DNA of 25,350 nucleotides from Escherichia coli (GTDB lineage Bacteria; Pseudomonadota; Gammaproteobacteria; Enterobacterales; Enterobacteriaceae): NCBI RefSeq assembly GCF_003334255.1, contig NZ_QOWU01000041.1; one strand, 5' to 3'. Shown piece by piece: positions 17,808 to 25,350 of this stretch (position 1 is its first letter; each line of letters starts with the position of its first letter). The notes under the pieces were generated by a model. It saw only the letters and a program-made list of their open reading frames with translations, ran no database searches and was not told where the DNA came from. The position numbers and the translations under genes were made by a program.

Positions 17808-18050
17808 TCAACCCGCAAACATCCAGATGCTGGCAACCAGCAGCAGAACAGTGCGGGCAGTAAACCAGATAAACGCAGACTCCCTGACGTCACCGTTTCG
17901 CCAGCCAGACCAGACATCCGACAGTCCCCAGGCAGCCCAGAGAAAGAGAACGGCAATCAGTAATCCCAGCGAGGACAGATGCAGCACGTTCAGATCCACA
18001 TCTCCGGATGCCACCTTAAAGGCCGCAGCCTGTGCCGACGTCAGTGCCAT
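17808..18050 (-). CDS. Small membrane protein of the transfer operon (80 aa)
   Basis: Two hydrophobic segments; start overlaps the stop of the RAQPRD-motif gene. Confidence 0.45.
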   Translation of the reverse strand: MALTSAQAAAFKVASGDVDLNVLHLSSLGLLIAVLFLWAAWGLSDVWSGWRNGDVRESAFIWFTARTVLLLVASIWMFAG

Positions 18051-18412
18051 CAGGGACGCTCCCGCCGGTATTCACCGGTCACGGCACTGCCGTTACGTGG
18101 TTGCGCCCGGGAGGGCGTGAGATAACGGTCGATCCCCTCCTGCATGGTCTGAATGTCAGCCTGAGCACGCGGATAGTCGAAAAAATAACGCCCGTCGTGG
18201 GGCGTGGCCTGAAGGGACGCAGTTCTGGCCCGATCAAGCGCCGCACGGACCTGATCAAGCTGGCGCATGACCGTCGCCAGCTCATCCTTTTCAGCGGCCT
18301 GAACGGGCAGAACCAGGGTCACGAGAAGCATCATCCCGGCGGTCCCCGTCAGACCGGCCGTTTTCCGGGATAATGCAGGAAGAGAAAACATACGCACCTC
18401 CGTCAGAATCAA
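18050..18412 (-). CDS. RAQPRD-family conjugative element protein
   Basis: 120 aa with signal peptide and the C-terminal family motif as SRAQPRN; GGAGG Shine-Dalgarno upstream. Confidence 0.65.
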   Translation of the reverse strand: MILTEVRMFSLPALSRKTAGLTGTAGMMLLVTLVLPVQAAEKDELATVMRQLDQVRAALDRARTASLQATPHDGRYFFDYPRAQADIQTMQEGIDRYLTPSRAQPRNGSAVTGEYRRERP

Positions 18413-18536
18413 TGGGTGCGTACAGCATGCGTAAGGCAGGGGGAGGGATCAGCGATAAACTCTATTTGCAAAACTGAAAATTTTTACGGGAGAATACACG
18501 GGTGTGGATAAAGGCAAACAACCCGGAGCTCCTGGC

Positions 18537-19085
18537 ATGAACGATATCATCAGTATAATTATTCTTCTGGCAGTCTATCTCATCGGCCTGATATTCATTG
18601 TCCTGATTTTCAATGACATAGACATAACATCGAAAAAGAGAAAGTACGAAAAAAAACTGAAAGAAGCGATAATAAATGGCAGTTTACAAAATAATGATAT
18701 CTATTTACTGGCCGAACGCTGGTCTGTCAGTCATGAACATATCAAAAGCGCACTGCTGTCAGTTTTCAATGATTTTCTGACTGATAACAACTTTTCACAT
18801 CACGTCCCCCGGGTCAGAGAACTGATTACATGGTACGAGAAATACGCCCCATTCACAGATCTCCCTGAGGATATAAAACAACAGTTACAAAATATAATCA
18901 ATTTACCCGATGCCAGTGAGTCAGAAGTGCAGTTATTAGCCTCCTCACTTCATGACATTTATAATTCTCGTCAGAAAAAAGAGAAGAAGGCCAGAAAAAT
19001 AAACTATGTTCTGGGGGCGGTCAGCATTGCCAGTTTCTGCATCACGCTGTTCCAGGCCTGTTCAAATAAATTCATTCCATCCTGA
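18537..19085 (+). CDS. Hypothetical two-TM membrane protein on an AT-rich insert, opposite strand to the transfer genes
   Basis: Start taken at ATG 18537 (GGAG 9-12 nt upstream); the track ORF starts at 18504. Hydrophobic helices near the N-terminus (IISIIILLAVYLIGLIFIVLIF) and C-terminus (YVLGAVSIASFCITLF) with a Lys-rich hydrophilic core. GC content is far below the flanking core. Confidence 0.5.
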   Translation: MNDIISIIILLAVYLIGLIFIVLIFNDIDITSKKRKYEKKLKEAIINGSLQNNDIYLLAERWSVSHEHIKSALLSVFNDFLTDNNFSHHVPRVRELITWYEKYAPFTDLPEDIKQQLQNIINLPDASESEVQLLASSLHDIYNSRQKKEKKARKINYVLGAVSIASFCITLFQACSNKFIPS

Positions 19086-19290
19086 ATGATTTATTCCTGT
19101 TTATTAAAACACGGCATCACTACACTTACTGTCTTATATCATTGGCGCTGACAACGTTGCCCCCCATGGATCTATGACGTCGTCAAGGCCATCACGATGT
19201 TCATTGTTTTCGTCAACATTGTTGTTATTCCGGCGCTGGCATTACCCGGACACTGACGCGCACTGACCGTAAGGGCGTGGCTTGTCTGCC

Positions 19291-19328
19291 GACACCCTGC
19301 CACAAAACAAGTTTTGCATCAGGGTGTC
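19291..19328. promoter_or_regulatory. Compound palindrome 13 bp after the stop of the PFL_4697-like gene; possible terminator or protein-binding site
   Basis: 8-bp stem GACACCCT / AGGGTGTC enclosing a loop that itself contains the palindrome AAAACAAGTTTT. No clean U-tract. Confidence 0.3.
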
Positions 19329-19341
19329 CGGCCTCTGTGGA

Positions 19342-20109
19342 CTATAAATATTTCTTGAAGGATGCCATTGTCACGGTGACAGCCATACCCAGCAGCATGG
19401 CCGCCGGCCATATCAGCAGATTCGGGTACACGGCCGTCGGCCAGGAAAGATAGAGAATACAGGGAATATATATCGCCGGTTTAATGGACTTTTTCGCATG
19501 GTGATAAACAAAGCTGGATTCATACGCGGCACCATACCGGCGCAGATCACGTCTGCCCAGCCCCTCAACCACGGCCACCAGGATCACCATCACGAACAGT
19601 GGCACGGACAGCACGAGAATAATCACCCTGACCATCGTCACCACCGCCACATAAACCGTTGCCAGCAGGTAATCATGAAGATGATATGCCAGCCACTGGC
19701 TCAGCTCTCCGCTGAACTGCGATACACTCCGCCCCGCCGCCGTTACCGCCTGCTGCGACTGCAGCCATGACTGCATACCACTTTCCACAAACAGCCACTG
19801 ATACGCCACGGAAATCCAGCCCGGTACCGTCACTGACGGCGTGGACAGCAGCAGGCTGCGCGTGAACTCCGTCGACAGCCAGCCCAGCTCTGTATTCATG
19901 ACGGCACGACTGTGTGCCGCCCCCTCATCAGGCCAGAAAAACGTCATACCTGCATACTCAATCAGCAGACTCAGTAACAGTGAGGAGAGGAGCAGCCCCA
20001 CCAGAGCCCATGGCCAGCCCCACACCAGATTGTACAGCAACCCATGCTGACGGGGAGGGCGGGACTGCGGGCTGCGTTCTGCATCACGACGTGCTTCCGC
20101 CATGGTCAC
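19342..20109 (-). CDS. ICE-conserved integral membrane protein (PFL_4697-like, tentative)
   Basis: 255 aa with several TM helices; immediately downstream of and overlapping traD. Confidence 0.55.
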   Translation of the reverse strand: MTMAEARRDAERSPQSRPPRQHGLLYNLVWGWPWALVGLLLSSLLLSLLIEYAGMTFFWPDEGAAHSRAVMNTELGWLSTEFTRSLLLSTPSVTVPGWISVAYQWLFVESGMQSWLQSQQAVTAAGRSVSQFSGELSQWLAYHLHDYLLATVYVAVVTMVRVIILVLSVPLFVMVILVAVVEGLGRRDLRRYGAAYESSFVYHHAKKSIKPAIYIPCILYLSWPTAVYPNLLIWPAAMLLGMAVTVTMASFKKYL

Positions 20110-22201
20110 CTCCCTCCTCCGTCGCTATCGCCTGTACTGAAGGTGGAGCATTCCACCATCCTTCACCGGAGTGATAATTCTGTCGCATCGCCTCCGCCAC
20201 CCGGGAAATACTCTCCGGCATCAGCACATCATCCGTATCACCTGCCGGCAGCGGCATCCGGATCTTCCATAACTGTCCACCTTCCAGCAGGGCAAATGCC
20301 TGCCCCTTGGGCAGCGTGACAATATCTGCGGGCTCCAGCAGGGGGACTTTCACCGTCCCGACGCGATCCTGGGTACTGGAGGTGAAATCCTGACCGGCTG
20401 ACACATCTGCCGTATCCTGATGACCGGAGACCAGCGTCTTCGTGTAAATCTCCACCTGGGGCAGTTGTGTGGTCAGCAATTCCGCCGTCCGGTTCTCCCT
20501 GACGCGCAGCATGATCATGTTGTTAAAGTTCCCCTGAACCTGCGCCGTTTTGGCCGCATTACCAATACGCGCTTCAATATCCGATGACGTCTGGGTGTAC
20601 GCGGTCACCTGCATTCCGGCGCCGCCCCCCTTGTTGATGAGCGGAATGAATTCATCGCCCATCAGTTCGTTAAACTCATCACAGTGCAGGTTCACCACAT
20701 TTTTACCCGCCCCGCCAGCCGGCAGACCGGCATGCATACCGTGTTTGTATATATGCCCTGCCACACTCACCAGGTCCGCAAACATCGAATTTCCCACGGC
20801 ACTGGCCACCTCACTGTCACTGAGCGCATCGAGGCCGATATAAACCACCGCCTTTTTGCGGATCACCTGTTCCCAGTCAAAAATGGGGCGCGCATCGCTC
20901 ATATCCAGATAGTCCGGCGCCAGCAGCTCTGCAATCCTGCCGGTGGTGAGTTTTTCCAGTAACGGCAGCAGGGAAGCCACGATTTTGTCAAAATACGTAC
21001 GGTCATAGCGGACAGCACTGCGCAGTCCATCCAGAATCGGATCGTATATTTTTTTACCTTCCTCACTGCTCAGTGCCATTTCAATCGACCAGATCCGCAC
21101 CGCATCCGGCTGGTTCTGCATGGTCCTGGGCACATCTTCCTCGCTGAGAACACTCTGGTTATTCGCGATAATCTGCTCCAGTCCGGGCAGACGCTCACGG
21201 ATCACCTTCCCCGCATAGCGAATGTAGAGGTCCGCGATGTTGTTCACATACCGCATAATCAGCATATAGTCCGGACGCTCACCGAGGGCCACCAGGGCGC
21301 GGGCGATGATATTGACAAAGCGCCAGGCAAACTCCCGGAAAGCCGCCGAATTACCTTCACCGGACAACTGACCGGCAACACGGGAAGCCACTTCCGATAC
21401 ACGACCAAAGCGTCCCACCGCATTGTAACGGGCTGAAATTTCAGGCCAGCCAAGATGAAAGATATACAACTCATCCCCCCGCCCGGCCCGGTGCGCTTCA
21501 GCCCAGACCCGCAGCAGCAGATCTGCATCCCCCTTGGGATCAAAAACGATGGTCACTTCTCCCCGCCGGATATCCTGGGTGACCAGCAGCTCTGCCAGAC
21601 GGGTTTTACCCACACGCGTGGTGCCGTAGACAATGGTGTGCCCCACACGTTCACCCAGTGCCAGTGTCACATCCTGCTCATCCGGTTCAATACCGTGCAG
21701 GGCCGGATTCCCGCCCACCGGTGGCAGGGGACGAACCGGGTTCAGCGGAGAATCACGACGAAGCCACTGCCCCAGCCCGGGCAGCCGGTGTTCCGTTTTC
21801 ATTTCAAGCCAGCGCGCAGCCCGGTAAAATCCTCCCGGCAGCAGATAATGCGCCACCTCCGGCCGCAGCGTATCCTGCAGACGCTGGGTATGCTTCTGTG
21901 TCCAGCGAAATCCCCGCCCCAGAAACAGTCGCTGACGGCTGACAGGAATTTGCCGCGTGCTCATCACATAGCGGGGTAACCGACGCAGATTGCGTCGGTA
22001 GCGGATGATTTTCATGCCCTGGCGGAAACGGACAGCCGCCAGAACGCCAAATCCGGCAGCTGTGACATAACTGACCGAAGGCGCAAGGGCCACCGCCCAG
22101 GGGGCTGTCACACAGACACCGGCCGCCGTTGCCGCAACCACGGCCGTATTGAACTCCACAGCAGGCCTCAGTAACGCCTCAATAACATAACGGTTACTCA
22201 T
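20084..22201 (-). CDS. traD: Conjugative coupling protein TraD (VirD4-type T4CP, ICE class)
   Basis: 705 aa: N-terminal TM helices, Walker A GTTRVGKT, acidic Walker B-like region (LHCDEFNELMGDEF). Typical T4CP size and placement. Confidence 0.82.
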   Translation of the reverse strand: MSNRYVIEALLRPAVEFNTAVVAATAAGVCVTAPWAVALAPSVSYVTAAGFGVLAAVRFRQGMKIIRYRRNLRRLPRYVMSTRQIPVSRQRLFLGRGFRWTQKHTQRLQDTLRPEVAHYLLPGGFYRAARWLEMKTEHRLPGLGQWLRRDSPLNPVRPLPPVGGNPALHGIEPDEQDVTLALGERVGHTIVYGTTRVGKTRLAELLVTQDIRRGEVTIVFDPKGDADLLLRVWAEAHRAGRGDELYIFHLGWPEISARYNAVGRFGRVSEVASRVAGQLSGEGNSAAFREFAWRFVNIIARALVALGERPDYMLIMRYVNNIADLYIRYAGKVIRERLPGLEQIIANNQSVLSEEDVPRTMQNQPDAVRIWSIEMALSSEEGKKIYDPILDGLRSAVRYDRTYFDKIVASLLPLLEKLTTGRIAELLAPDYLDMSDARPIFDWEQVIRKKAVVYIGLDALSDSEVASAVGNSMFADLVSVAGHIYKHGMHAGLPAGGAGKNVVNLHCDEFNELMGDEFIPLINKGGGAGMQVTAYTQTSSDIEARIGNAAKTAQVQGNFNNMIMLRVRENRTAELLTTQLPQVEIYTKTLVSGHQDTADVSAGQDFTSSTQDRVGTVKVPLLEPADIVTLPKGQAFALLEGGQLWKIRMPLPAGDTDDVLMPESISRVAEAMRQNYHSGEGWWNAPPSVQAIATEEGGDHGGSTS

Positions 22202-22982
22202 GTCCGCGTCCTCGCTGTAAAAGACGCAGCCACCATGAGCGGGGGATATCTGTCTCCGGTGACGCTGACAACGCCTCAGCTCTGTTCTGCAATCTCCTCA
22301 CCTCCCGCCATGCGTCTGCTGCATTCAGTAACAATGCCTTATACTCCGCAGACGCATGTCCGCCAGCCCGTCCGTCATCCACTGTCAGCTGAGCCTCTGT
22401 TCTGAAACGGTCCACTTTCCAGCAGGCCAGGTCTTCGCGGGAAACACTCTGCCGCCGGGTCTGCAGACGAAGATACACACCATGCCGGGAGAGAACATCA
22501 GCCAGATTGTGAATTTCCCGACAGGCAGACCAGAACGCCCGGTCTGCGTGATAAATGCTCTGGGCCACGTTGTGAAGCTGTGTGCGCTCCTCTCCCTGCA
22601 GGTGAAACAGAAAGCGGGCCAGACAACTGCGGTGATTACCATCAGCACTGACATACCAGTGAATGCCATCCGTGCTGACAAAACTCATCCCGGCATGCAG
22701 TTGTTCTGCCTGCGTGTAATACCCCGGGTTCTTCTCCACCAACGGGATATTGATATCCATACGCTTACCGCGCTCCAGCAACTCCAGCCAGCTCATTCCG
22801 GCATACTGTGGATGGTCTGTCCCCACAATGCGGAACACATTGATGCTGCCCTGCCCCGTCCAGTAGTGTTCCGTAATAAAATCCGACATTGCCGCAAACT
22901 CTGCCGCATCCCATGCCCGTAAAGGTTCATTCGCCCATTGCGGCATATTCCTCTGCACCTGTTCAGTAAATGAAACGTTCAT
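22194..22982 (-). CDS. Hypothetical protein with a DG-N-HR motif reminiscent of the ParB/Srx (DUF262-like) fold
   Basis: Start taken at internal MNVSF (GGAG Shine-Dalgarno, 13 bp after the Mrr-like stop); the track ORF starts at 23024. Motif YVSADGNHRSCLARF resembles the DGxHR signature; 8-bp overlap with the traD start. Confidence 0.45.
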   Translation of the reverse strand: MNVSFTEQVQRNMPQWANEPLRAWDAAEFAAMSDFITEHYWTGQGSINVFRIVGTDHPQYAGMSWLELLERGKRMDINIPLVEKNPGYYTQAEQLHAGMSFVSTDGIHWYVSADGNHRSCLARFLFHLQGEERTQLHNVAQSIYHADRAFWSACREIHNLADVLSRHGVYLRLQTRRQSVSREDLACWKVDRFRTEAQLTVDDGRAGGHASAEYKALLLNAADAWREVRRLQNRAEALSASPETDIPRSWWLRLLQRGRGHE

Positions 22983-22995
22983 CCCCGCTCTCCTG

Positions 22996-23598
22996 TCATC
23001 TTCGCTTTTCTCCGGTGAGTTCACCGGTCAGTAATCGCCCGTTCAGCAGTTTCAGCAGACGCTGTCCGCTAACCAGTTCAATATCCGGCCACAGCACAAG
23101 CCGTGCCCGGCTGGCCGGTCCCGTACGCCCGGTGTGAACAAAAAATCCACGACAACCTTCACGACGCAGTAATTCACCAAAATCATCGATATGTGACGGT
23201 CGGATGGTGCGGCCATAGCGTTTGGCCTGAATCAGCCACCGCTCGCCGTCAATCAGCACCTGTCCGTCCAGCCCTCCGTCGCCGCTGTAGCGGGAATTGC
23301 GGATAACCCGCATTCCCCTGCGTTCAAACGCCAGAAGCAGCAGTTCTTCAAACACATACGGGTTAATTTTTCGCAGGTATTTCACGCCTGCACCGCCCTC
23401 CGGCAACGACGACAGTTGCGCCAGCACACGCTCAGCCTTGCTCCGGTAATGGCGGTGACGCCACTCACTGGCGCGTTCACGACGCCGGCGGCGACCACAC
23501 AGGACGGGAAAAAACAGGAACAACACAGCCAGGACACACAGCAGAACGCCGTACGGTATCTTATCCGGCACAATATCCGTCATTTGCCGCAGCATCAC
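22996..23598 (-). CDS. Membrane-anchored Mrr-like restriction endonuclease-domain protein (Mrr_cat)
   Basis: 200 aa: N-terminal TM helix, Arg-rich stretch, then NPYVFEELLLLAFERRGMRVI...GDGGLDGQVLIDGERWLIQAKRY, which matches the Mrr catalytic core pattern (D...D...QxK). Confidence 0.65.
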   Translation of the reverse strand: MMLRQMTDIVPDKIPYGVLLCVLAVLFLFFPVLCGRRRRRERASEWRHRHYRSKAERVLAQLSSLPEGGAGVKYLRKINPYVFEELLLLAFERRGMRVIRNSRYSGDGGLDGQVLIDGERWLIQAKRYGRTIRPSHIDDFGELLRREGCRGFFVHTGRTGPASRARLVLWPDIELVSGQRLLKLLNGRLLTGELTGEKRR

Positions 23599-24125
23599 GG
23601 TGTCACCACCCCGGATATTCCGCTGTCCGTTATCAGTACCGGCCAGTGATTCAGCTGCAGACGGCGTGCCAGCGCTGACCCCGATGATGGCACCATCATC
23701 ACGCCGGGTGCCAGCTCACGCAGCGTTCTCAGGCTGTTTTCATCCGCCACGCTGACAACCATACCGACAGCCTGCCGCTCACGGAGAGCGCCCGCATTCG
23801 CCTGCAGCCACTGACGGGAAAGCGCATCATCTCCCACCAGAAACAGCGCCCCGATCCCCGGCAACTGCAGTGGTCGCGGCGTCACCTCACCCGGCGTCAT
23901 TTCCGGCGTGGTCACGGGCAGCAACAGCGTCTCTCCCTGCGCCGGCAGAGGCGCCGTAACCGGGGGAGGCGTACTGCTCCCCTCCTGGCGGTTGATTGCC
24001 TCATAAAACACGGAGGCATCACTGCCTCCAAGGTCCGCAATAACCCTGAGTTCCGCGCCAGCCTGAGCCGCGCACAGCAGCAGGGGCCACACTGCCGTCA
24101 TTACGTATCGTTTCACAGGTATCAC
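23595..24125 (-). CDS. ICE-conserved secreted protein (PFL_4695-like, tentative)
   Basis: 176 aa with signal peptide and Pro/Thr-rich linker; overlaps both neighbours by 4 bp. Confidence 0.5.
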   Translation of the reverse strand: MIPVKRYVMTAVWPLLLCAAQAGAELRVIADLGGSDASVFYEAINRQEGSSTPPPVTAPLPAQGETLLLPVTTPEMTPGEVTPRPLQLPGIGALFLVGDDALSRQWLQANAGALRERQAVGMVVSVADENSLRTLRELAPGVMMVPSSGSALARRLQLNHWPVLITDSGISGVVTP

Positions 24126-24784
24126 TCCCGGGGTTCTGTCCAGATATAACGGGGATGCATGGCGGTCAGGCCGTCATGCTGCTCTGCGGTCTTCACCGCA
24201 TCACGATGAAGACGCTCAAGATGTTGTCTGACCACTGCGGTGTAGCGTACTGCCGGAGCACCACCTGCCGGATAATGATAACAACCGGCAGCCTGCAGCC
24301 AGCTGACAGGATGACGACGACGGCATTCTCTCAGGATGGTCGCCGCGGTGTTCAGACTGATGTATGGTTCAAATGCTGCCCATGTGGAGGAGAAACGGTG
24401 CCCGTTCCAGCCCAGATTGACCTGAGCAATTCCCACGTCAATCCGCCGGGCCGGATACCGTGTCAGAAAAACCTGAAGTGCCTGCCAGGCTTCCAGGCGA
24501 CTGGCATAGCGGTAGCCCTTACCCGCCACATTGATGGTCCACGGCCAGGGACGTGCAACGGACGGAAGGCGGAAATCCGCATCCCGTTTTTTCATCACAC
24601 CGGCAATCGCAGAGGGCGCCATCACCGTCTCTGTCAGAGAGACGGCATAGAGCACTTCTGCAGGCACACCATGCACGGCAGCCACGCGCACATAGCCCTC
24701 AGGGATATCATGCGCCCCCGCCCGGCAGAGACTGCTGACAGCCATGCTCAACAGCGCCATTGTCAGAAGGCTGCCACGCGCCAT
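24122..24784 (-). CDS. Lytic transglycosylase (SLT domain) of the transfer system; start may instead be the internal Met at 24760
   Basis: Signal peptide; ...SLTETVMAPS... and RIDVGIAQVNLGW resemble the SLT motifs (E-S/T and DxGLMQIN) of T4SS-associated transglycosylases. Confidence 0.65.
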   Translation of the reverse strand: MARGSLLTMALLSMAVSSLCRAGAHDIPEGYVRVAAVHGVPAEVLYAVSLTETVMAPSAIAGVMKKRDADFRLPSVARPWPWTINVAGKGYRYASRLEAWQALQVFLTRYPARRIDVGIAQVNLGWNGHRFSSTWAAFEPYISLNTAATILRECRRRHPVSWLQAAGCYHYPAGGAPAVRYTAVVRQHLERLHRDAVKTAEQHDGLTAMHPRYIWTEPRE

Positions 24785-25272
24785 CCGTCCGCTCCCTGCT
24801 GCAGTACAACCGGCATTCTGCCTTCACCAAAACGCAGCCAGCGACCGGCATCATGATTCAGGGTAATATGGCGGCTTCGCACCCGGTCCACAGGGATATC
24901 GTGCTCCAGTGCCCACTGCCGCAGCAGATTGTCACTGCCCTGACTGTCAACCAGATAAATATCCACCTGCCGCCCCGAAGACAGCACTGATGCCAGTCGT
25001 GCATCACAGGTGCCACAGTCTTTCGCTTTCACAAACAACGCCAGCCGTCCGCCGTTGTCGTTCAGCAGCCCGCCCCCTTTCCCCAGGCTGACCGGCATAA
25101 CGCCCGGATAAAGGCGCTTCCAGGCCGCATTGACTTCCCGCTGAAATGCCAGTTCCTTCTCAGTCCGCTCATATTCGGCCTTCACCCATTTCTCAGCCAG
25201 CTGCCGGCGTTCCGCATCCGTCCGTGCTTCAATCCCCAGCACCGTCAACGGATCCAGACCAGGGGACTGCAT
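24763..25272 (-). CDS. ICE-associated protein with a CxxC (CGTC) motif; possible thioredoxin-like oxidoreductase
   Basis: 169 aa; the KAKDCGTCDA motif is the only recognisable feature. First gene of the visible minus-strand operon. Confidence 0.4.
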   Translation of the reverse strand: MQSPGLDPLTVLGIEARTDAERRQLAEKWVKAEYERTEKELAFQREVNAAWKRLYPGVMPVSLGKGGGLLNDNGGRLALFVKAKDCGTCDARLASVLSSGRQVDIYLVDSQGSDNLLRQWALEHDIPVDRVRSRHITLNHDAGRWLRFGEGRMPVVLQQGADGWRVAAF

Positions 25273-25350
25273 CCCATAAGCGCTAACTTAAGGGTTGAAC
25301 CATCTGAAGAATGCGACGCCTCGGTGCCTCGTTAAGACGATGCCTCGCGT

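Larger units (their letters stand above)
2995..25272 (-). mobile_element. Conjugative transfer (mating-pair formation plus coupling protein) module of a PFGI-1/pKLC102/ICEclc-type integrative conjugative element; partial element
   Basis: About 22 co-oriented, mostly overlapping minus-strand genes including TraD, TraC (VirB4-like), TraU-like, TraG-N-like, RAQPRD-motif protein, pilin-like protein, lipoprotein and lytic transglycosylase, at about 58-60% GC. Gene order matches the remembered order in this ICE family. Element ends, integrase and relaxase are not in the window. Confidence 0.75.

Noticed and set aside
18413..18460. Inverted repeat TACGCACC...GGTGCGTA overlapping the RAQPRD gene start and ribosome-binding site, as a regulatory hairpin
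   Set aside because: It overlaps the start codon and Shine-Dalgarno so could in principle modulate translation, but the stem is short with a 16-nt loop and there is no further evidence; kept only as a note.
1..25350. Search for CRISPR arrays, rRNA or tRNA genes, and an ICE attachment site
   Set aside because: No regularly spaced direct repeats, no rRNA-like segments and no recognisable tRNA cloverleaf were seen by eye. A tRNA or att site cannot be strictly excluded without a dedicated scan.

Overview
The window is a mosaic. Most of it (about 2995-25272) is a GC-rich, tightly packed minus-strand conjugative transfer (type IV secretion) module whose gene order and content match the PFGI-1/pKLC102/ICEclc-type integrative conjugative element family: coupling protein TraD, VirB4-like ATPase TraC, TraU-like, TraG N-terminal-domain protein, RAQPRD-motif protein, a pilin-like protein and several small membrane or periplasmic proteins. 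No integrase, relaxase or att site is visible, so ICE versus related plasmid cannot be decided. Two cargo insertions interrupt the module: (i) a lower-GC segment (7662-10370) carrying an IrgA/Iha-like TonB-dependent receptor gene with its own Fur-box-like promoter and an in-frame amber codon at codon 51, flanked by a near-identical 15-16 bp direct repeat; (ii) an AT-rich segment (18413-19341) carrying one opposite-strand gene for a two-TM protein of unknown function. The left ~3 kb is AT-rich accessory DNA: a 3' gene fragment running off the window edge (possibly a DNA methyltransferase C-terminus) coupled to a DUF262(ParB-like)/HNH nuclease gene, then an IS630-family transposase remnant and orphan fragments. 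Inside the transfer module, a membrane-anchored Mrr-like nuclease and a neighbouring protein with a DG-N-HR motif sit upstream of traD. All calls rest on reading the ORF translations for motifs and on remembered family features; no database search was possible, so family names are tentative. No rRNA, tRNA or CRISPR array was recognised.
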